From positions 107,944-171,943 of IMG/VR virus record IMGVR_UViG_3300027977_000008: a DNA stretch of 64,000 nucleotides; one strand, given 5' to 3'. Position 1 is the stretch's first letter. Every line of letters starts with the position of its first letter. The notes beneath the pieces are model-generated. The model made no database searches. It was not told the DNA's origin and was given only the letters and a program-made list of their open reading frames with translations. A program made the position numbers and the translations under genes. Source of the stretch: a virus. Shown here in pieces: positions 47,160 through 56,939 of the stretch.

Positions 47160-49331
47160 ATGTCAGTCAATATCGAAATCAAGGGCAATCTGGCACGGTT
47201 GCTTGCTACTGAAAACCTGATTGTTGAACATAAGCAGGTAGAAACTGCTATGTTTGATGTTGATCGCCGTGTGTTGACGTTACCGATGTGGCAGAAAGCA
47301 AGCAATTATGTTTATGATATGCTTGTTGCACATGAAGTTGGTCATGCGTTGTTTACACCATTCCGTGGGTGGAATTTTGAAGAAACTTATAAAAATGTTC
47401 CTCCCGATTATGTGAATGTAGTTGAAGATGCTCGTATTGAGCGTTTGATGAAGAACAAATTTGCAGGTCTATCGCGTGATTTTTACGCTGCATATAATGA
47501 ATTACACCATGATAATTTTTTCTGTGTAAAAGATGAAGACATCAATCGGATGAAACTGATTGACAAAATTAATTTGTATTTCAAAATTGGTGCATATCTT
47601 TGTATTGACTTTGAAGATGATGAAGAACAGTTTGTAACTGAAATTGTAAAAGCAGAAACGTTTGAGCAAGTTCTTGATATTTCTAAACGTATTCATGAGT
47701 ATGCTAAACAACAACACAAACAGAAAAAAGTTCAACCTCAAGAAAGTCAAGATGATGTTTCTGATGGACATCAAACTTCTCAACAACCACAATCATCAAC
47801 TGATAGTGTAAATGATAAAGATGACTTTGAAAATCTTGAGCAAAATAACAATAGCATCAAGGAAAGTAAATCTGAAGTTGGTAATAAAAAAGTAGAGAAA
47901 CCAAAAGCAAATCTTAATTCAGAAGATGAAGGTGATCTAGATAAATCTGACACTCAACAATCATTCTCTAATAAGAGTAGTGATTTGATTGATCATCGCT
48001 TATTTGAAACTCTGTACGTTGGAGTTCCTAAACTGAATATTGATAATGTTGTTGTTGATTTTGACACCGTTAAGAAGTATCTCGATCTTCATTATCAAGA
48101 CGAAGCACTAGTCAATTCTGCACGGGAAGATCTGATCAAAGAAGAGATCCAACGTTATATTCAATTCAAGAACTCTGCTGCTAAGGAAGTTAACTACTTG
48201 GTAAAAGAGTTTGAGATGAAAAAGTCAGCAGATGCTTATGCTCGTGTTACAACTTCACGCACTGGTGTACTGAATACAGGTAAACTACATTCATATAAGT
48301 ACAATGAAGATCTGTTTAGAAAAGTAACATCCATTCCTGAAGGAAAAAACCACGGTCTAGTGTTTTATCTAGATTGGTCTGGTAGTATGCAGCATATTAT
48401 GCTAGATACTATGAAACAACTATTTCAGTTGATTTGGTTCTGCCGTAAAGTTAATATTCCTTTTGATGTGTATGCGTTTACCAATAACGCTTATAGTCTG
48501 AACATTGGTGATAATACTACGCCAGCTCATGATATTTCTAAAATGGATGTGTGTAAAGAATGGAAGGAAAATGATATTGCTATTGATGGATGTTTCCGTA
48601 TGGTCAATGTTCTTAGCAGCAATGTGAAGAATGATGATCTAAATAAAATGATGCAGAACTTGTGGTTGACTGCTAAATCATTCAGCAGCAGTCACTATGA
48701 GTATCCTCTTCGGTTTTCGCTTGGTGGTACACCTTTGAATGAGTGTATTATTGCATCTGCTCAACTTATGAAACAATTTATCAATAAGCATAAAGTGCAA
48801 AAGTGTCATGCTATTGTTCTTACTGATGGGGAAGGTTACAGTCCATCTTATAATTTTATTCGTAAATACGATAGTGATGTTAAAAAAAGTCGTCGTCGAA
48901 TTTATCATAATGCTGTAATCCGCAATTGTCGTAATGGACGTACATATTCCCCTCACAATACAGAGGGAGATTTCACAAGCAAACTGATTGAATATGTGAA
49001 GGATGATGTTCCTGGTGTGAGTTTTGTTGGGTTCCGTGTTCTTGAACGAGGTTCACTTAGCAACTTTTTTCATTGGTATGGTATTAATAGTCAATACAAA
49101 AGTCTTGATGAAATGCGTAATGATCTAAGAAAAAATAATAGTCTTTGTATGAAGACTAAAGCATTTGATTTGTTCTTTGGTCTGCAACAATCTTCATTAA
49201 GTGTTGATGCTGATTTAAAAGTAGAAGACGATGCTTCTAAGCGAGAGATTAGTAATGCTTTTCGTAAGATGTTTAAGGGTAAAAAAACTAATAAGTTTGT
49301 ACTTCAAACATTTGTAAAGCAAATCGCATGA
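47160..49331 (+). CDS. vWA / metallopeptidase-motif protein (CobT-like partner of CobS)
   Basis: HEVGH; NVVEDARIE; MIDAS DWSGS, GGTPL, LTDGE; ATG 47160 lies after the promoter. Confidence 0.85.
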   Translation: MSVNIEIKGNLARLLATENLIVEHKQVETAMFDVDRRVLTLPMWQKASNYVYDMLVAHEVGHALFTPFRGWNFEETYKNVPPDYVNVVEDARIERLMKNKFAGLSRDFYAAYNELHHDNFFCVKDEDINRMKLIDKINLYFKIGAYLCIDFEDDEEQFVTEIVKAETFEQVLDISKRIHEYAKQQHKQKKVQPQESQDDVSDGHQTSQQPQSSTDSVNDKDDFENLEQNNNSIKESKSEVGNKKVEKPKANLNSEDEGDLDKSDTQQSFSNKSSDLIDHRLFETLYVGVPKLNIDNVVVDFDTVKKYLDLHYQDEALVNSAREDLIKEEIQRYIQFKNSAAKEVNYLVKEFEMKKSADAYARVTTSRTGVLNTGKLHSYKYNEDLFRKVTSIPEGKNHGLVFYLDWSGSMQHIMLDTMKQLFQLIWFCRKVNIPFDVYAFTNNAYSLNIGDNTTPAHDISKMDVCKEWKENDIAIDGCFRMVNVLSSNVKNDDLNKMMQNLWLTAKSFSSSHYEYPLRFSLGGTPLNECIIASAQLMKQFINKHKVQKCHAIVLTDGEGYSPSYNFIRKYDSDVKKSRRRIYHNAVIRNCRNGRTYSPHNTEGDFTSKLIEYVKDDVPGVSFVGFRVLERGSLSNFFHWYGINSQYKSLDEMRNDLRKNNSLCMKTKAFDLFFGLQQSSLSVDADLKVEDDASKREISNAFRKMFKGKKTNKFVLQTFVKQIA

Positions 49332-49480
49332 ACACACCTAATTGGCAACACAATTCTAGTAAAGATCCCAAACGTAGTCTCAAACCTCAAGCGTTGAGAC
49401 AAGCGAAAGCACGTCGCCAAGCATTACTGAGACAGTTGATGAACCGTCCACCAAATTCCCAAAACCATCCCAATTCCTGA
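49328..49480 (+). CDS. Small basic hypothetical protein (50 aa)
   Basis: MNTPNWQHNSSKDPKRSLKPQALRQAKARR...; ATGA overlap. Confidence 0.6.
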   Translation: MNTPNWQHNSSKDPKRSLKPQALRQAKARRQALLRQLMNRPPNSQNHPNS

Positions 49481-49486
49481 TAAGAT
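49431..49486 (+). promoter_or_regulatory. Palindrome-type promoter copy 3
   Basis: GACAGTT-GATG-AACCGTCCAC; TAAGAT 34 nt after AACCG. Confidence 0.7.
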
Positions 49487-49507
49487 ACTTTCAGTTCAAA
49501 AAAAGAC

Positions 49508-50608
49508 ATGCCACGCACTATCGACTTTACGCACCACTTTGATAACTTGAGTGACAACTTTGGCACTGAGATTAATGCTGATATGCTGCGAGCATATTGC
49601 AACACTCATAGTGTTTCTTATGCTACAATTACAAAGTATCTAAACCAATATAAAGTTGGTCGTGGTAAATGGAACTTGACTGTGGAACAAGTAAAAGAAC
49701 AATTGGAAAGTATTGTGGATACCAGTGTGCCACTTTGTAAAACTGCTAAAGTAGCACAAAATCTTATTCCCAGTAAAGATGATACCTTCATCCAGTTTGG
49801 TAATTTTAGCAGTCTTAAAAAAGTTATTGCTTCCCGTATCTTTTATCCAGTATTCATTACGGGTCTGTCGGGTAATGGTAAGACGTTCAGTGTGGAGCAA
49901 GCGTGTGCTCAACTTGGTCGTGAATTGATCCGTGTCAATATTACAGTAGAAACTGATGAAGATGATCTGATTGGTGGATTTCGCCTTGTCAATGGTGAAA
50001 CTGTTTGGCATAATGGTCCTGTAATTCAAGCATTAGAACGTGGTGCAGTTCTGTTGCTTGATGAGATTGATCTTGCATCTAATAAAATCTTGTGCTTGCA
50101 ATCTATTTTAGAAGGTAAAGGTATCTTCTTGAAGAAAATTGGTGAGTACATTAATCCTTCTGCTGGATTTACTGTAGTTGCTACTGCAAATACTAAAGGT
50201 AAGGGTTCTGATGATGGGCGATTTATTGGCACTAATGTGTTAAATGAAGCGTTTTTAGAACGCTTTCCAATTACCTTTGAGCAAGAATATCCTACACCTG
50301 CTGTAGAATATAAAATCTTACAAGCATTGTGTGAGCAACTAAATGTTCCTTTCATTGGTGAACACGAAAAGTATATCTTACATCTTTGTTCTTGGGCAGA
50401 TATTGTTCGTAAGACATTTGCCGAAGGTGGTATTGATGAGATTATTTCTACTCGTCGCTTGACACATATCATTCGCGCTTATAGTATTTTTGGAGATAAA
50501 ATGAAAGCAATTGAACTGTGTCTGAACAGGTTTGATGAAGAAACTAAGCAATCTTTTGTACAATTGTATACCAAATTGGATGATACTGTTGTGGTTTCTG
50601 CGGATTAA
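49508..50608 (+). CDS. cobS: CobS/MoxR-like AAA+ ATPase
   Basis: GLSGNGKT; LLLDEID; ATANTKGKG; NEAFLERF; STRRL. Confidence 0.9.
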   Translation: MPRTIDFTHHFDNLSDNFGTEINADMLRAYCNTHSVSYATITKYLNQYKVGRGKWNLTVEQVKEQLESIVDTSVPLCKTAKVAQNLIPSKDDTFIQFGNFSSLKKVIASRIFYPVFITGLSGNGKTFSVEQACAQLGRELIRVNITVETDEDDLIGGFRLVNGETVWHNGPVIQALERGAVLLLDEIDLASNKILCLQSILEGKGIFLKKIGEYINPSAGFTVVATANTKGKGSDDGRFIGTNVLNEAFLERFPITFEQEYPTPAVEYKILQALCEQLNVPFIGEHEKYILHLCSWADIVRKTFAEGGIDEIISTRRLTHIIRAYSIFGDKMKAIELCLNRFDEETKQSFVQLYTKLDDTVVVSAD

Positions 50609-50641
50609 TTATACATAGTATTACCCAAATTTTTTGGATTT

Positions 50642-50785
50642 ATGTCAAAAGAATTTTATTTTGAAGATACGGAGGATTATGTAATTGAAAGAGTTGAATT
50701 ACATTTTCAAGAAGAATATCTTGATGAGGATGAAAGATCCTCTCAGGCAGATTATGAAAGATTAGCAAATCGTTTCAACGCTTGA
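50642..50785 (+). CDS. Small acidic protein (47 aa)
   Basis: MSKEFYFEDTEDYVIERVELHFQEEYLDEDE..., translated by hand. Confidence 0.55.
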   Translation: MSKEFYFEDTEDYVIERVELHFQEEYLDEDERSSQADYERLANRFNA

Positions 50786-50794
50786 CAATTTACC

Positions 50795-50983
50795 ATGTCT
50801 ATCGTAAAATCTAAGTTCAAATCAAGAGATTTCATCATGCTGACTGAAAGAGATTTGAGATTACACGATGACTATGAAAACTTTGCCAAATATCTTGGCA
50901 TTGATTATGAAGACTACTATGAGACAGTAGTAGATTTTTTTGTACCAGAAGAAGATTTTGAGTATGTTGGCATCAGATGTTGA
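50795..50983 (+). CDS. Small acidic hypothetical protein
   Basis: ORF track; true start may be the second Met. Confidence 0.55.
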   Translation: MSIVKSKFKSRDFIMLTERDLRLHDDYENFAKYLGIDYEDYYETVVDFFVPEEDFEYVGIRC

Positions 50984-51025
50984 CATTGGCGGTAAACTGA
51001 TAATTAATCCTTATCAATCAACCCC

Positions 51026-51054
51026 TTGACAACCCACGATTTTCGTGGTATGAT
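51026..51054 (+). promoter_or_regulatory. Sigma70 promoter
   Basis: TTGACA-17 nt-TATGAT. Confidence 0.8.
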
Positions 51055-51126
51055 TACTAAGTAATCAAGGGAATGAGATGCGCCCTAAAGACACTCATTG
51101 TCAAACCACAACTTTACTTTTTTATC

Positions 51127-51351
51127 ATGACCGTTCTTAACATTGCTAACTCGACTGCTGTTGCTTCCGTGTCTTTTGGTGATAACAACGCTGTTGGCGT
51201 AAAGTTTACTTCAAACGATACTGAATACGGTTTTATCGCCAAGGATCAAACTCTTGTGCGTGAAGGTCTGGAAGGTGTTATTTCTGGTGGACAAAGTGTT
51301 GGCAAACTGATCGCTCAGTATCGCGCTGACGGTCAACTGCAAGCAGTCTGA
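51127..51351 (+). CDS. Hypothetical protein
   Basis: MTVLNIANSTAV...SVGKLIAQYRADGQL; between a promoter and a terminator. Confidence 0.7.
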   Translation: MTVLNIANSTAVASVSFGDNNAVGVKFTSNDTEYGFIAKDQTLVREGLEGVISGGQSVGKLIAQYRADGQLQAV

Positions 51352-51398
51352 TTGTTTTAAAAAACTGAATATTTTGACAATCTGCTAAATCTTGCAAT

Positions 51399-51423
51399 AA
51401 CCACCCTCATAAAGGGTGGTTTT
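51399..51423 (+). terminator. Rho-independent terminator
   Basis: AACCACCCT-CATAA-AGGGTGGTT-TT. Confidence 0.75.
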
Positions 51424-51480
51424 GTAGTATATTGTTAAAGCAATAAATATCAAAATGCAATATTGAAGCAGAGTATAATA

Positions 51481-51738
51481 ATGAACATGAAAACATGCCC
51501 TAAATGTGGTGCTACATGGATCAACGATCAACACTACTGGTTAACTGGTAAACAAGGTGACCCACATGATCTTGCTGGGTTAGTATGTAATAACTGTGGT
51601 GATGATACTTGCATAAATCCTTGCAAAGGATCGACAAGTGGTGTAACATGGGAGAAACGATTAAAGGAATTAAATGAAGATTTCTTTGATAGATTGAAAG
51701 ACCTTACTGATGATGTGGAGTTGGATGGTGAAACTTGA
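51481..51738 (+). CDS. Cys-rich hypothetical protein
   Basis: CPKC...DLAGLVCN...CINPC. Confidence 0.7.
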   Translation: MNMKTCPKCGATWINDQHYWLTGKQGDPHDLAGLVCNNCGDDTCINPCKGSTSGVTWEKRLKELNEDFFDRLKDLTDDVELDGET

Positions 51739-51991
51739 ATTCAACTTTGTGAAACCTGGTGTTTTTGATTTACCCGAAATCTTCCAATGGGGATTTGAGA
51801 AGGAAGATAGTATCGAAATTCAATCACACTGGACAATGGCAAATCTTGCTGTGGAAATGGGTTTATTTCCATCACTTGGACAGGCAAAGAAGAATGGTTG
51901 GGGTGACCCAATACCAGAGGGTTTTACAGAAAAACGAAATCTTGGTAAAATGAAAAAAGCACTTTTTATTCACAATGGAGTTTTTGAATGA
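51710..51991 (+). CDS. Hypothetical protein with S4-like motif
   Basis: LAVEMGLFPSLGQAKKNGW. Confidence 0.55.
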   Translation: MMWSWMVKLEFNFVKPGVFDLPEIFQWGFEKEDSIEIQSHWTMANLAVEMGLFPSLGQAKKNGWGDPIPEGFTEKRNLGKMKKALFIHNGVFE

Positions 51992-52218
51992 CGGAGAGGT
52001 CACAGGCACTTATGGATCAGATTTGGAACATTAGATACTCAAATCCTGATATGACAGAGGAACAACTATTATCAGCAGTATTGAAACTTGCCGCAGAAAA
52101 AGTTACATCTTATAATGCCCAGAATGATATGATAGTTCTGGATAAAAATGACTTATTACAACTTGCCGAGGAACTTAAAAGTGTTGAAATCACAACGACA
52201 AGCACAAAAACTTCTTGA
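51988..52218 (+). CDS. Hypothetical protein
   Basis: ATGA overlap in an early operon. Confidence 0.6.
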   Translation: MTERSQALMDQIWNIRYSNPDMTEEQLLSAVLKLAAEKVTSYNAQNDMIVLDKNDLLQLAEELKSVEITTTSTKTS

Positions 52219-52429
52219 TGCGGCACATCGTGTTGCTGATGGTGAAGTGCCTCTTAGGAAACTTATTCGTCTGGAACATAAAGACCCTATGAGTGCTCGT
52301 GTTCGTTATGAATATGGTGCAATTCTTCTTGCACTTGTAGAAGAATGTGCTTATAAGAAGGATGAATTGTATTTGGTAAATGTTCGTGATATACTGGATA
52401 TTATTGAGGTCTTAAATAATGGATGCTGA
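52148..52429 (+). CDS. Hypothetical protein
   Basis: ORF track; start uncertain. Confidence 0.55.
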   Translation: MTYYNLPRNLKVLKSQRQAQKLLDAAHRVADGEVPLRKLIRLEHKDPMSARVRYEYGAILLALVEECAYKKDELYLVNVRDILDIIEVLNNGC

Positions 52430-52958
52430 TGAAAAAGTATTGAAGATTGGTATTGAATGTATGGAAAGATATGATGGGGCATTAAAACAACTTGCTGCCA
52501 TTGAGAGGGAAGAGTTAAAAGAAGAGTTGGAAGTATTGAAAAAGAAAAACTTCCAATCAGTTGCTATTGCTTGTATGGCAGAATACACCAGAGCATATGG
52601 TGAGATGCCAGAAGACGAGAGTTGGATGTTCCTGGAAGCAGAATACTATGGCACTGGTGAAGGACAAACTGTTTGTTTACAAATGACACAGGCAAATCCT
52701 CGTGGTGGTGATAATGGTGATTTTGATAGAACACTACCATACCCTGACAACTATAAAACACTCACCACTCAAGCATATCGTGCTGTCAGAGGGTTTCATA
52801 AATTGTTTGGAACTTTTTTCCTTCACGGATTGAGATTTCATACTCGTGAGGCATTCTTCACTAGATATGCAAATCAACTACCAGCAACATTAGTACAACT
52901 CAAAGACCAGCAATGCTTTCTTGAGTATCACTCAGAACTTTACTACAACTTTGCATAA
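52419..52958 (+). CDS. Hypothetical protein
   Basis: GAGG RBS; 179 aa. Confidence 0.65.
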   Translation: MDADEKVLKIGIECMERYDGALKQLAAIEREELKEELEVLKKKNFQSVAIACMAEYTRAYGEMPEDESWMFLEAEYYGTGEGQTVCLQMTQANPRGGDNGDFDRTLPYPDNYKTLTTQAYRAVRGFHKLFGTFFLHGLRFHTREAFFTRYANQLPATLVQLKDQQCFLEYHSELYYNFA

Positions 52959-52967
52959 TAACAACAA

Positions 52968-53213
52968 ATGACTGATTACGAATATCAAAAAACACTAATG
53001 GTTGGTGCGATTATTGGTGCCTGTTTTACATTACTTGCTTTTTATATGATAAAACCATCCCCAGAAAATCACACAGTCACACCCGAAAAAGACTTTGCCA
53101 TCGTGTCTTCATACAAAGGGTGTGATGTCGTTCAGTGGTCTGAAAGGAACCAAGCAACTTATAAGTATTTCCTACACTGCAACAACACTCGTCCCGTATA
53201 CGAAACAAAATGA
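52968..53213 (+). CDS. Membrane-anchored hypothetical protein
   Basis: TM helix followed by YKGCDVV...YFLHC. Confidence 0.65.
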   Translation: MTDYEYQKTLMVGAIIGACFTLLAFYMIKPSPENHTVTPEKDFAIVSSYKGCDVVQWSERNQATYKYFLHCNNTRPVYETK

Positions 53214-53467
53214 AAAACTCTTTGATTATCTGCGACAAAAGAGAAGACTATGGGACGGATTGGTATGCCTCCATTATAAACATAAGAAAGTGGAGTTTAT
53301 TCCAAGTTTCTATTAGTTGGAACGATTACCCATCGTGGCCTTATTTACAAATCCGCAGTGGGTCTGGAGATGTATTGAATGTCTTATTCTGGGCCCATAA
53401 GTTTGGGTTGGACTTTGCTTTTATGAGTAGAACTTGGAACTGGACACGTTACGACAACTTAAAATGA
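53210..53467 (+). CDS. Hypothetical protein
   Basis: ATGA overlaps at both ends. Confidence 0.65.
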   Translation: MKNSLIICDKREDYGTDWYASIINIRKWSLFQVSISWNDYPSWPYLQIRSGSGDVLNVLFWAHKFGLDFAFMSRTWNWTRYDNLK

Positions 53468-54288
53468 AAATCAAAGTTGTCTCTGATCTTCACCTAGAGA
53501 CGTGCGAATACGGTCATGGAGTTCCTGACCTTGGAGAAGGTGAAGTTCTTATTCTTGGTGGAGACATTCTCTGTGCCCGTCACTTTAAGAAGAATGGTAA
53601 TCTTAAGAAAGTTTATAATGATTTTTTAAAAAAATGTGTTGATAACTTTGATGAGGTTCTTTACATAAATGGTAATCATGAATTTTATGGGTATAATGTG
53701 GAGGGAACCTTTGATGTCCTAGCAGAGCATCTTCCAAAAGAAATCCATTACCTTGAGAATGACTTTGTAAAAATCAAGGACTGGGTATTTCTTGGAGCAA
53801 CTCTATGGACTGATTTTCGTAATGAGAATGCTCTGGAGATGATGGAAGCTTCCCAATGTATGAATGACTATAAGGTCATTCGTATTGGTTCTAACTATCG
53901 TAAGTTAAATCCTGATGATACTTTGGGGCTTCATAAGAAATCTAAACAGTTTCTTTTGGATACTCTACCGATGTTTAGTAATCAGAAGGTCTGGGTGCTC
54001 ACACATCATGCACCGTCGTATAGATCTGTTCATCCAAAATACAGAAATTCTGGTATTGCTAATGGTGCCTATGTGAGTAACCTCGATGATCTTATTTTTG
54101 ATAATCAAAACATAAAATACTTTTCACACGGACACACCCACGAAAGTATGGATTATATGATTGGTGGATGTAGAGTAATTTGTAATCCTCGTGGATATTA
54201 TCCAGCAGAAGTTAATCCAGAATTTGATCCAAACTTTGAAGTAGACACTTCTTGGCCTGGCACAAGACCTCCCCAAAACCCCCTGTGA
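53464..54288 (+). CDS. Calcineurin-like metallophosphoesterase
   Basis: SDLH; GGDI; GNHE; THHAP; HGHTH; CNPRGY. Confidence 0.9.
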   Translation: MKIKVVSDLHLETCEYGHGVPDLGEGEVLILGGDILCARHFKKNGNLKKVYNDFLKKCVDNFDEVLYINGNHEFYGYNVEGTFDVLAEHLPKEIHYLENDFVKIKDWVFLGATLWTDFRNENALEMMEASQCMNDYKVIRIGSNYRKLNPDDTLGLHKKSKQFLLDTLPMFSNQKVWVLTHHAPSYRSVHPKYRNSGIANGAYVSNLDDLIFDNQNIKYFSHGHTHESMDYMIGGCRVICNPRGYYPAEVNPEFDPNFEVDTSWPGTRPPQNPL

Positions 54289-54299
54289 TGCCTTATAAT
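54244..54299 (+). promoter_or_regulatory. Palindrome-type promoter copy 4 (degenerate)
   Basis: GACACTT-CTTG-GCCTGGCAC; TATAAT 34 nt after GCCTG. Confidence 0.6.
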
Positions 54300-54322
54300 A
54301 CACTCATACACACAAAAAACTT

Positions 54323-54610
54323 ATGAGATTTCGTAACATTGAGTTCCGTTGGAGCACATTAAACAACAAGTATGAACTCGTCAATTGGTATCCAAATCTT
54401 AATTGGGGGATAAATGAACCTGTAACTTATGATCAGAAAGAACACTGTTGTGTCGTTGCTTTCTTTGATAAAACCGAAGAGGGTTATGATATGAGAACTG
54501 TGGGGAGTAGGTTCTTTGAGAATAAAGATGCTTGGGTGGTAGGTAAGTATGGTCTGAATTTTCTAAATGCCATCTTTTATATTGAGAAGGATGAGGAGGA
54601 ACTAAAATGA
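54323..54610 (+). CDS. Hypothetical protein
   Basis: First gene after a promoter. Confidence 0.7.
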   Translation: MRFRNIEFRWSTLNNKYELVNWYPNLNWGINEPVTYDQKEHCCVVAFFDKTEEGYDMRTVGSRFFENKDAWVVGKYGLNFLNAIFYIEKDEEELK

Positions 54611-54789
54611 CCCCCAAATTCCGTGTTATACTAGAACAGGCACTTGAAGAAGGTATCCGTCGTGGGTATCGTCGTGCTTACAAACATAATGAGAACCCAA
54701 CTGAAGAAGCTATCTGTGAGCAGATAGAAGATTGTGTAATGGGTTCTCTGTATGAATACTTTGACTTTCCAGAGGAGCAACTCAAATGA
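54607..54789 (+). CDS. Hypothetical protein
   Basis: GAGGAG RBS; ATGA overlap. Confidence 0.7.
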   Translation: MTPKFRVILEQALEEGIRRGYRRAYKHNENPTEEAICEQIEDCVMGSLYEYFDFPEEQLK

Positions 54790-54965
54790 CCACACTAGAC
54801 ACTACACAACTCTGCCTCACTGATAGACAAACATCTATCATTAATATTGCTCTCACCAATCTTTATGATGTGATTGCAATGGGAGGAGAAGGAAAAAAAA
54901 TGAGAGATGATATTATGGAACTCTCTAAATACATCCAAAAACAATATCAGTATTATCATGACTAA
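54786..54965 (+). CDS. Hypothetical protein (59 aa)
   Basis: GAGGAG RBS; ATGA overlap; translated by hand. Confidence 0.55.
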   Translation: MTTLDTTQLCLTDRQTSIINIALTNLYDVIAMGGEGKKMRDDIMELSKYIQKQYQYYHD

Positions 54966-55141
54966 ATCCTATTCTCTATTCGCAAATAGCAAATGACTAT
55001 GAAACCACAAAAGTTCAAACACATCTCACGATGTATTGATGACCATGGAGTTCATTACTTGGATGCTCTTGATGAGTATGGACGGCACTGGTATGCTACA
55101 ATGCAACAGAAAGAAGAACCCTGGTTAGTTTACACTCAACA

Positions 55142-55345
55142 ATGGACTCTGAAAACACACTGATGACTATATTGTATGAACATGGTGGTTATAAGATTAA
55201 AGAAATCTTTGACCCAGAAACTATGAGAGCATATTTCTGTGTTTATTGTATGATACCAACTCCAAGTATTATTGGTCCTCAATTTGAAACTCTTGACGAA
55301 GCAAACGATTGTGTTAGACGATGTATGAGAGATGTGTATTGGTGA
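55142..55345 (+). CDS. Hypothetical protein
   Basis: ORF track; early operon. Confidence 0.5.
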   Translation: MDSENTLMTILYEHGGYKIKEIFDPETMRAYFCVYCMIPTPSIIGPQFETLDEANDCVRRCMRDVYW

Positions 55346-55524
55346 AACAAAATGACTGAAATAAATATCAAGGATTATACAGCAGAAGGCTCTTTGGTGT
55401 ATTATAGTATCAAAGTAGGTGACTGGGAGATAGATGACCATGCAACCACACTGGATGGTGCCTTCACACTTATCAAAAATCACCTCAAATGGGATTATAG
55501 AGAATATGAGAGGGATTTGGAAGT

Positions 55525-55857
55525 ATGAAAAGAACCTGTAACTCTTGTAATAAGTCACAACCACTTAACAAAAAACATTTTCAAGTGGTTAAAATGTTTA
55601 AGAAAGGTTTCTCATTTATGTGTATTGACTGCGATGAGAAATCAAAGAAACCAAAGCCCAGAGATAAGAAGGAAGAAAAGTTTCTGCACGAGAAAGTAGA
55701 AGTTAAACTACAACATAAAGACATTGCTGAGATTGTTAATATTCTGGGATACTACAAGGGAGAGTTACAATCCACTCAAGATTATGATATACCCACTCAC
55801 GGCCTTGATAAACTGATCAAAAAACTTCAACACCAACTTGAAAAGCACACAAAATGA
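55525..55857 (+). CDS. Zinc-ribbon hypothetical protein
   Basis: CNSC...CIDC. Confidence 0.65.
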   Translation: MKRTCNSCNKSQPLNKKHFQVVKMFKKGFSFMCIDCDEKSKKPKPRDKKEEKFLHEKVEVKLQHKDIAEIVNILGYYKGELQSTQDYDIPTHGLDKLIKKLQHQLEKHTK

Positions 55858-56102
55858 ACACCTTTGTTCATTATCTTCATGATGTATCAAATTGTAAGTG
55901 TAAGACACTTTGCCTAGGAAAGAAGTTTGTGGTAGAATTATTTCCTATTCGTCCTGACTTATATCACAAAGTCACAGGAACTCCCATAGACCCATTTTAT
56001 AATGATGATAATATTCCAGAGTTTCTTATATTTCTAATGGACAACTGGGACTTCGTGGATTATAGTTATTTTACACAAAACACTACATTTTTTCCAAAAT
56101 GA
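55854..56102 (+). CDS. Hypothetical protein
   Basis: ATGA overlap; DPFY motif. Confidence 0.6.
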   Translation: MNTFVHYLHDVSNCKCKTLCLGKKFVVELFPIRPDLYHKVTGTPIDPFYNDDNIPEFLIFLMDNWDFVDYSYFTQNTTFFPK

Positions 56103-56404
56103 TAAACGCACTCAAAACTTGGGTTGATAATGCTTGGTGGTCTTGGGGTAATGCTATTCACTTTAGATTAGATAGATACGAAGACAACATAGATCGTTGT
56201 GCATTCTTTTACGAAATCAATATTGGATGGTACGATATGTATGACCAGGACGATATTGGTGATAGAGACCCTTGGAACTTATCGGGAAGAATTATGCATC
56301 TAAAGGTGCCACAAAAGGATTATGATGCTATAATGAAGGCACTTGACGAACCTCCCAAATATATTGAAGGACTTGCAAATCTTATGAAAAAGAAACTTCC
56401 ATGA
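56099..56404 (+). CDS. Hypothetical protein
   Basis: ATGA overlap. Confidence 0.6.
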   Translation: MINALKTWVDNAWWSWGNAIHFRLDRYEDNIDRCAFFYEINIGWYDMYDQDDIGDRDPWNLSGRIMHLKVPQKDYDAIMKALDEPPKYIEGLANLMKKKLP

Positions 56405-56757
56405 CTGACGAACAAATCAAACTACTACGACTTGCCATTCAAAGAGAGGTTGAATATGCAAGTATTGATGGTATGGAACATGGTGCCTGGGGATGGGCAG
56501 AAAAAGATGCAGATGTATCCTGGAAAAGTTTTCAGGAGAGTTTTAATCCCGTGGAAATCAACGGAATTAAAAATGAAAATGCCGAAGTTGCATTTGTGGA
56601 ATGGTTTACTGGAAATTATGGTAAATTCTCTTGCCGTTCTGAATGGTTCTATGGAGATTGTGAAGTAAAAGACGAAAAAATACGCAAAGACCTGTTATAT
56701 AATTGGGTCCGTTCCGCATATCTTAGTGGTTATGAACTGGGAGGAACTGACAAATGA
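56401..56757 (+). CDS. Hypothetical protein
   Basis: ATGA overlap. Confidence 0.6.
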   Translation: MTDEQIKLLRLAIQREVEYASIDGMEHGAWGWAEKDADVSWKSFQESFNPVEINGIKNENAEVAFVEWFTGNYGKFSCRSEWFYGDCEVKDEKIRKDLLYNWVRSAYLSGYELGGTDK

Positions 56758-56939
56758 AAATTGAAATCACACAAGACATTTCAGGAACAGGAGATTATCA
56801 CTGGATACTTTATACTGGGCCAGAACATATTGACGAATGCACTGGATACTGTTATACTTTGGGAGAATGCTTTGAAAAGATTGTGAGGTGGGAAACACTC
56901 AATGCACAGAAGTATTATGGAGGAACAACAAATGACTGA
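56754..56939 (+). CDS. Hypothetical protein
   Basis: GGAGG RBS; ATGA overlap. Confidence 0.6.
   Translation: MKIEITQDISGTGDYHWILYTGPEHIDECTGYCYTLGECFEKIVRWETLNAQKYYGGTTND

Noticed and set aside
49508-50608. Cobalamin biosynthesis
   Set aside because: No other cob genes; CobS here is a MoxR-type ATPase paired with a vWA protein.
53430-53460. Ninth palindrome copy (AACTGGACAC)
   Set aside because: Only a half site, inside coding sequence, with no -10 box at the 33-35 nt spacing.
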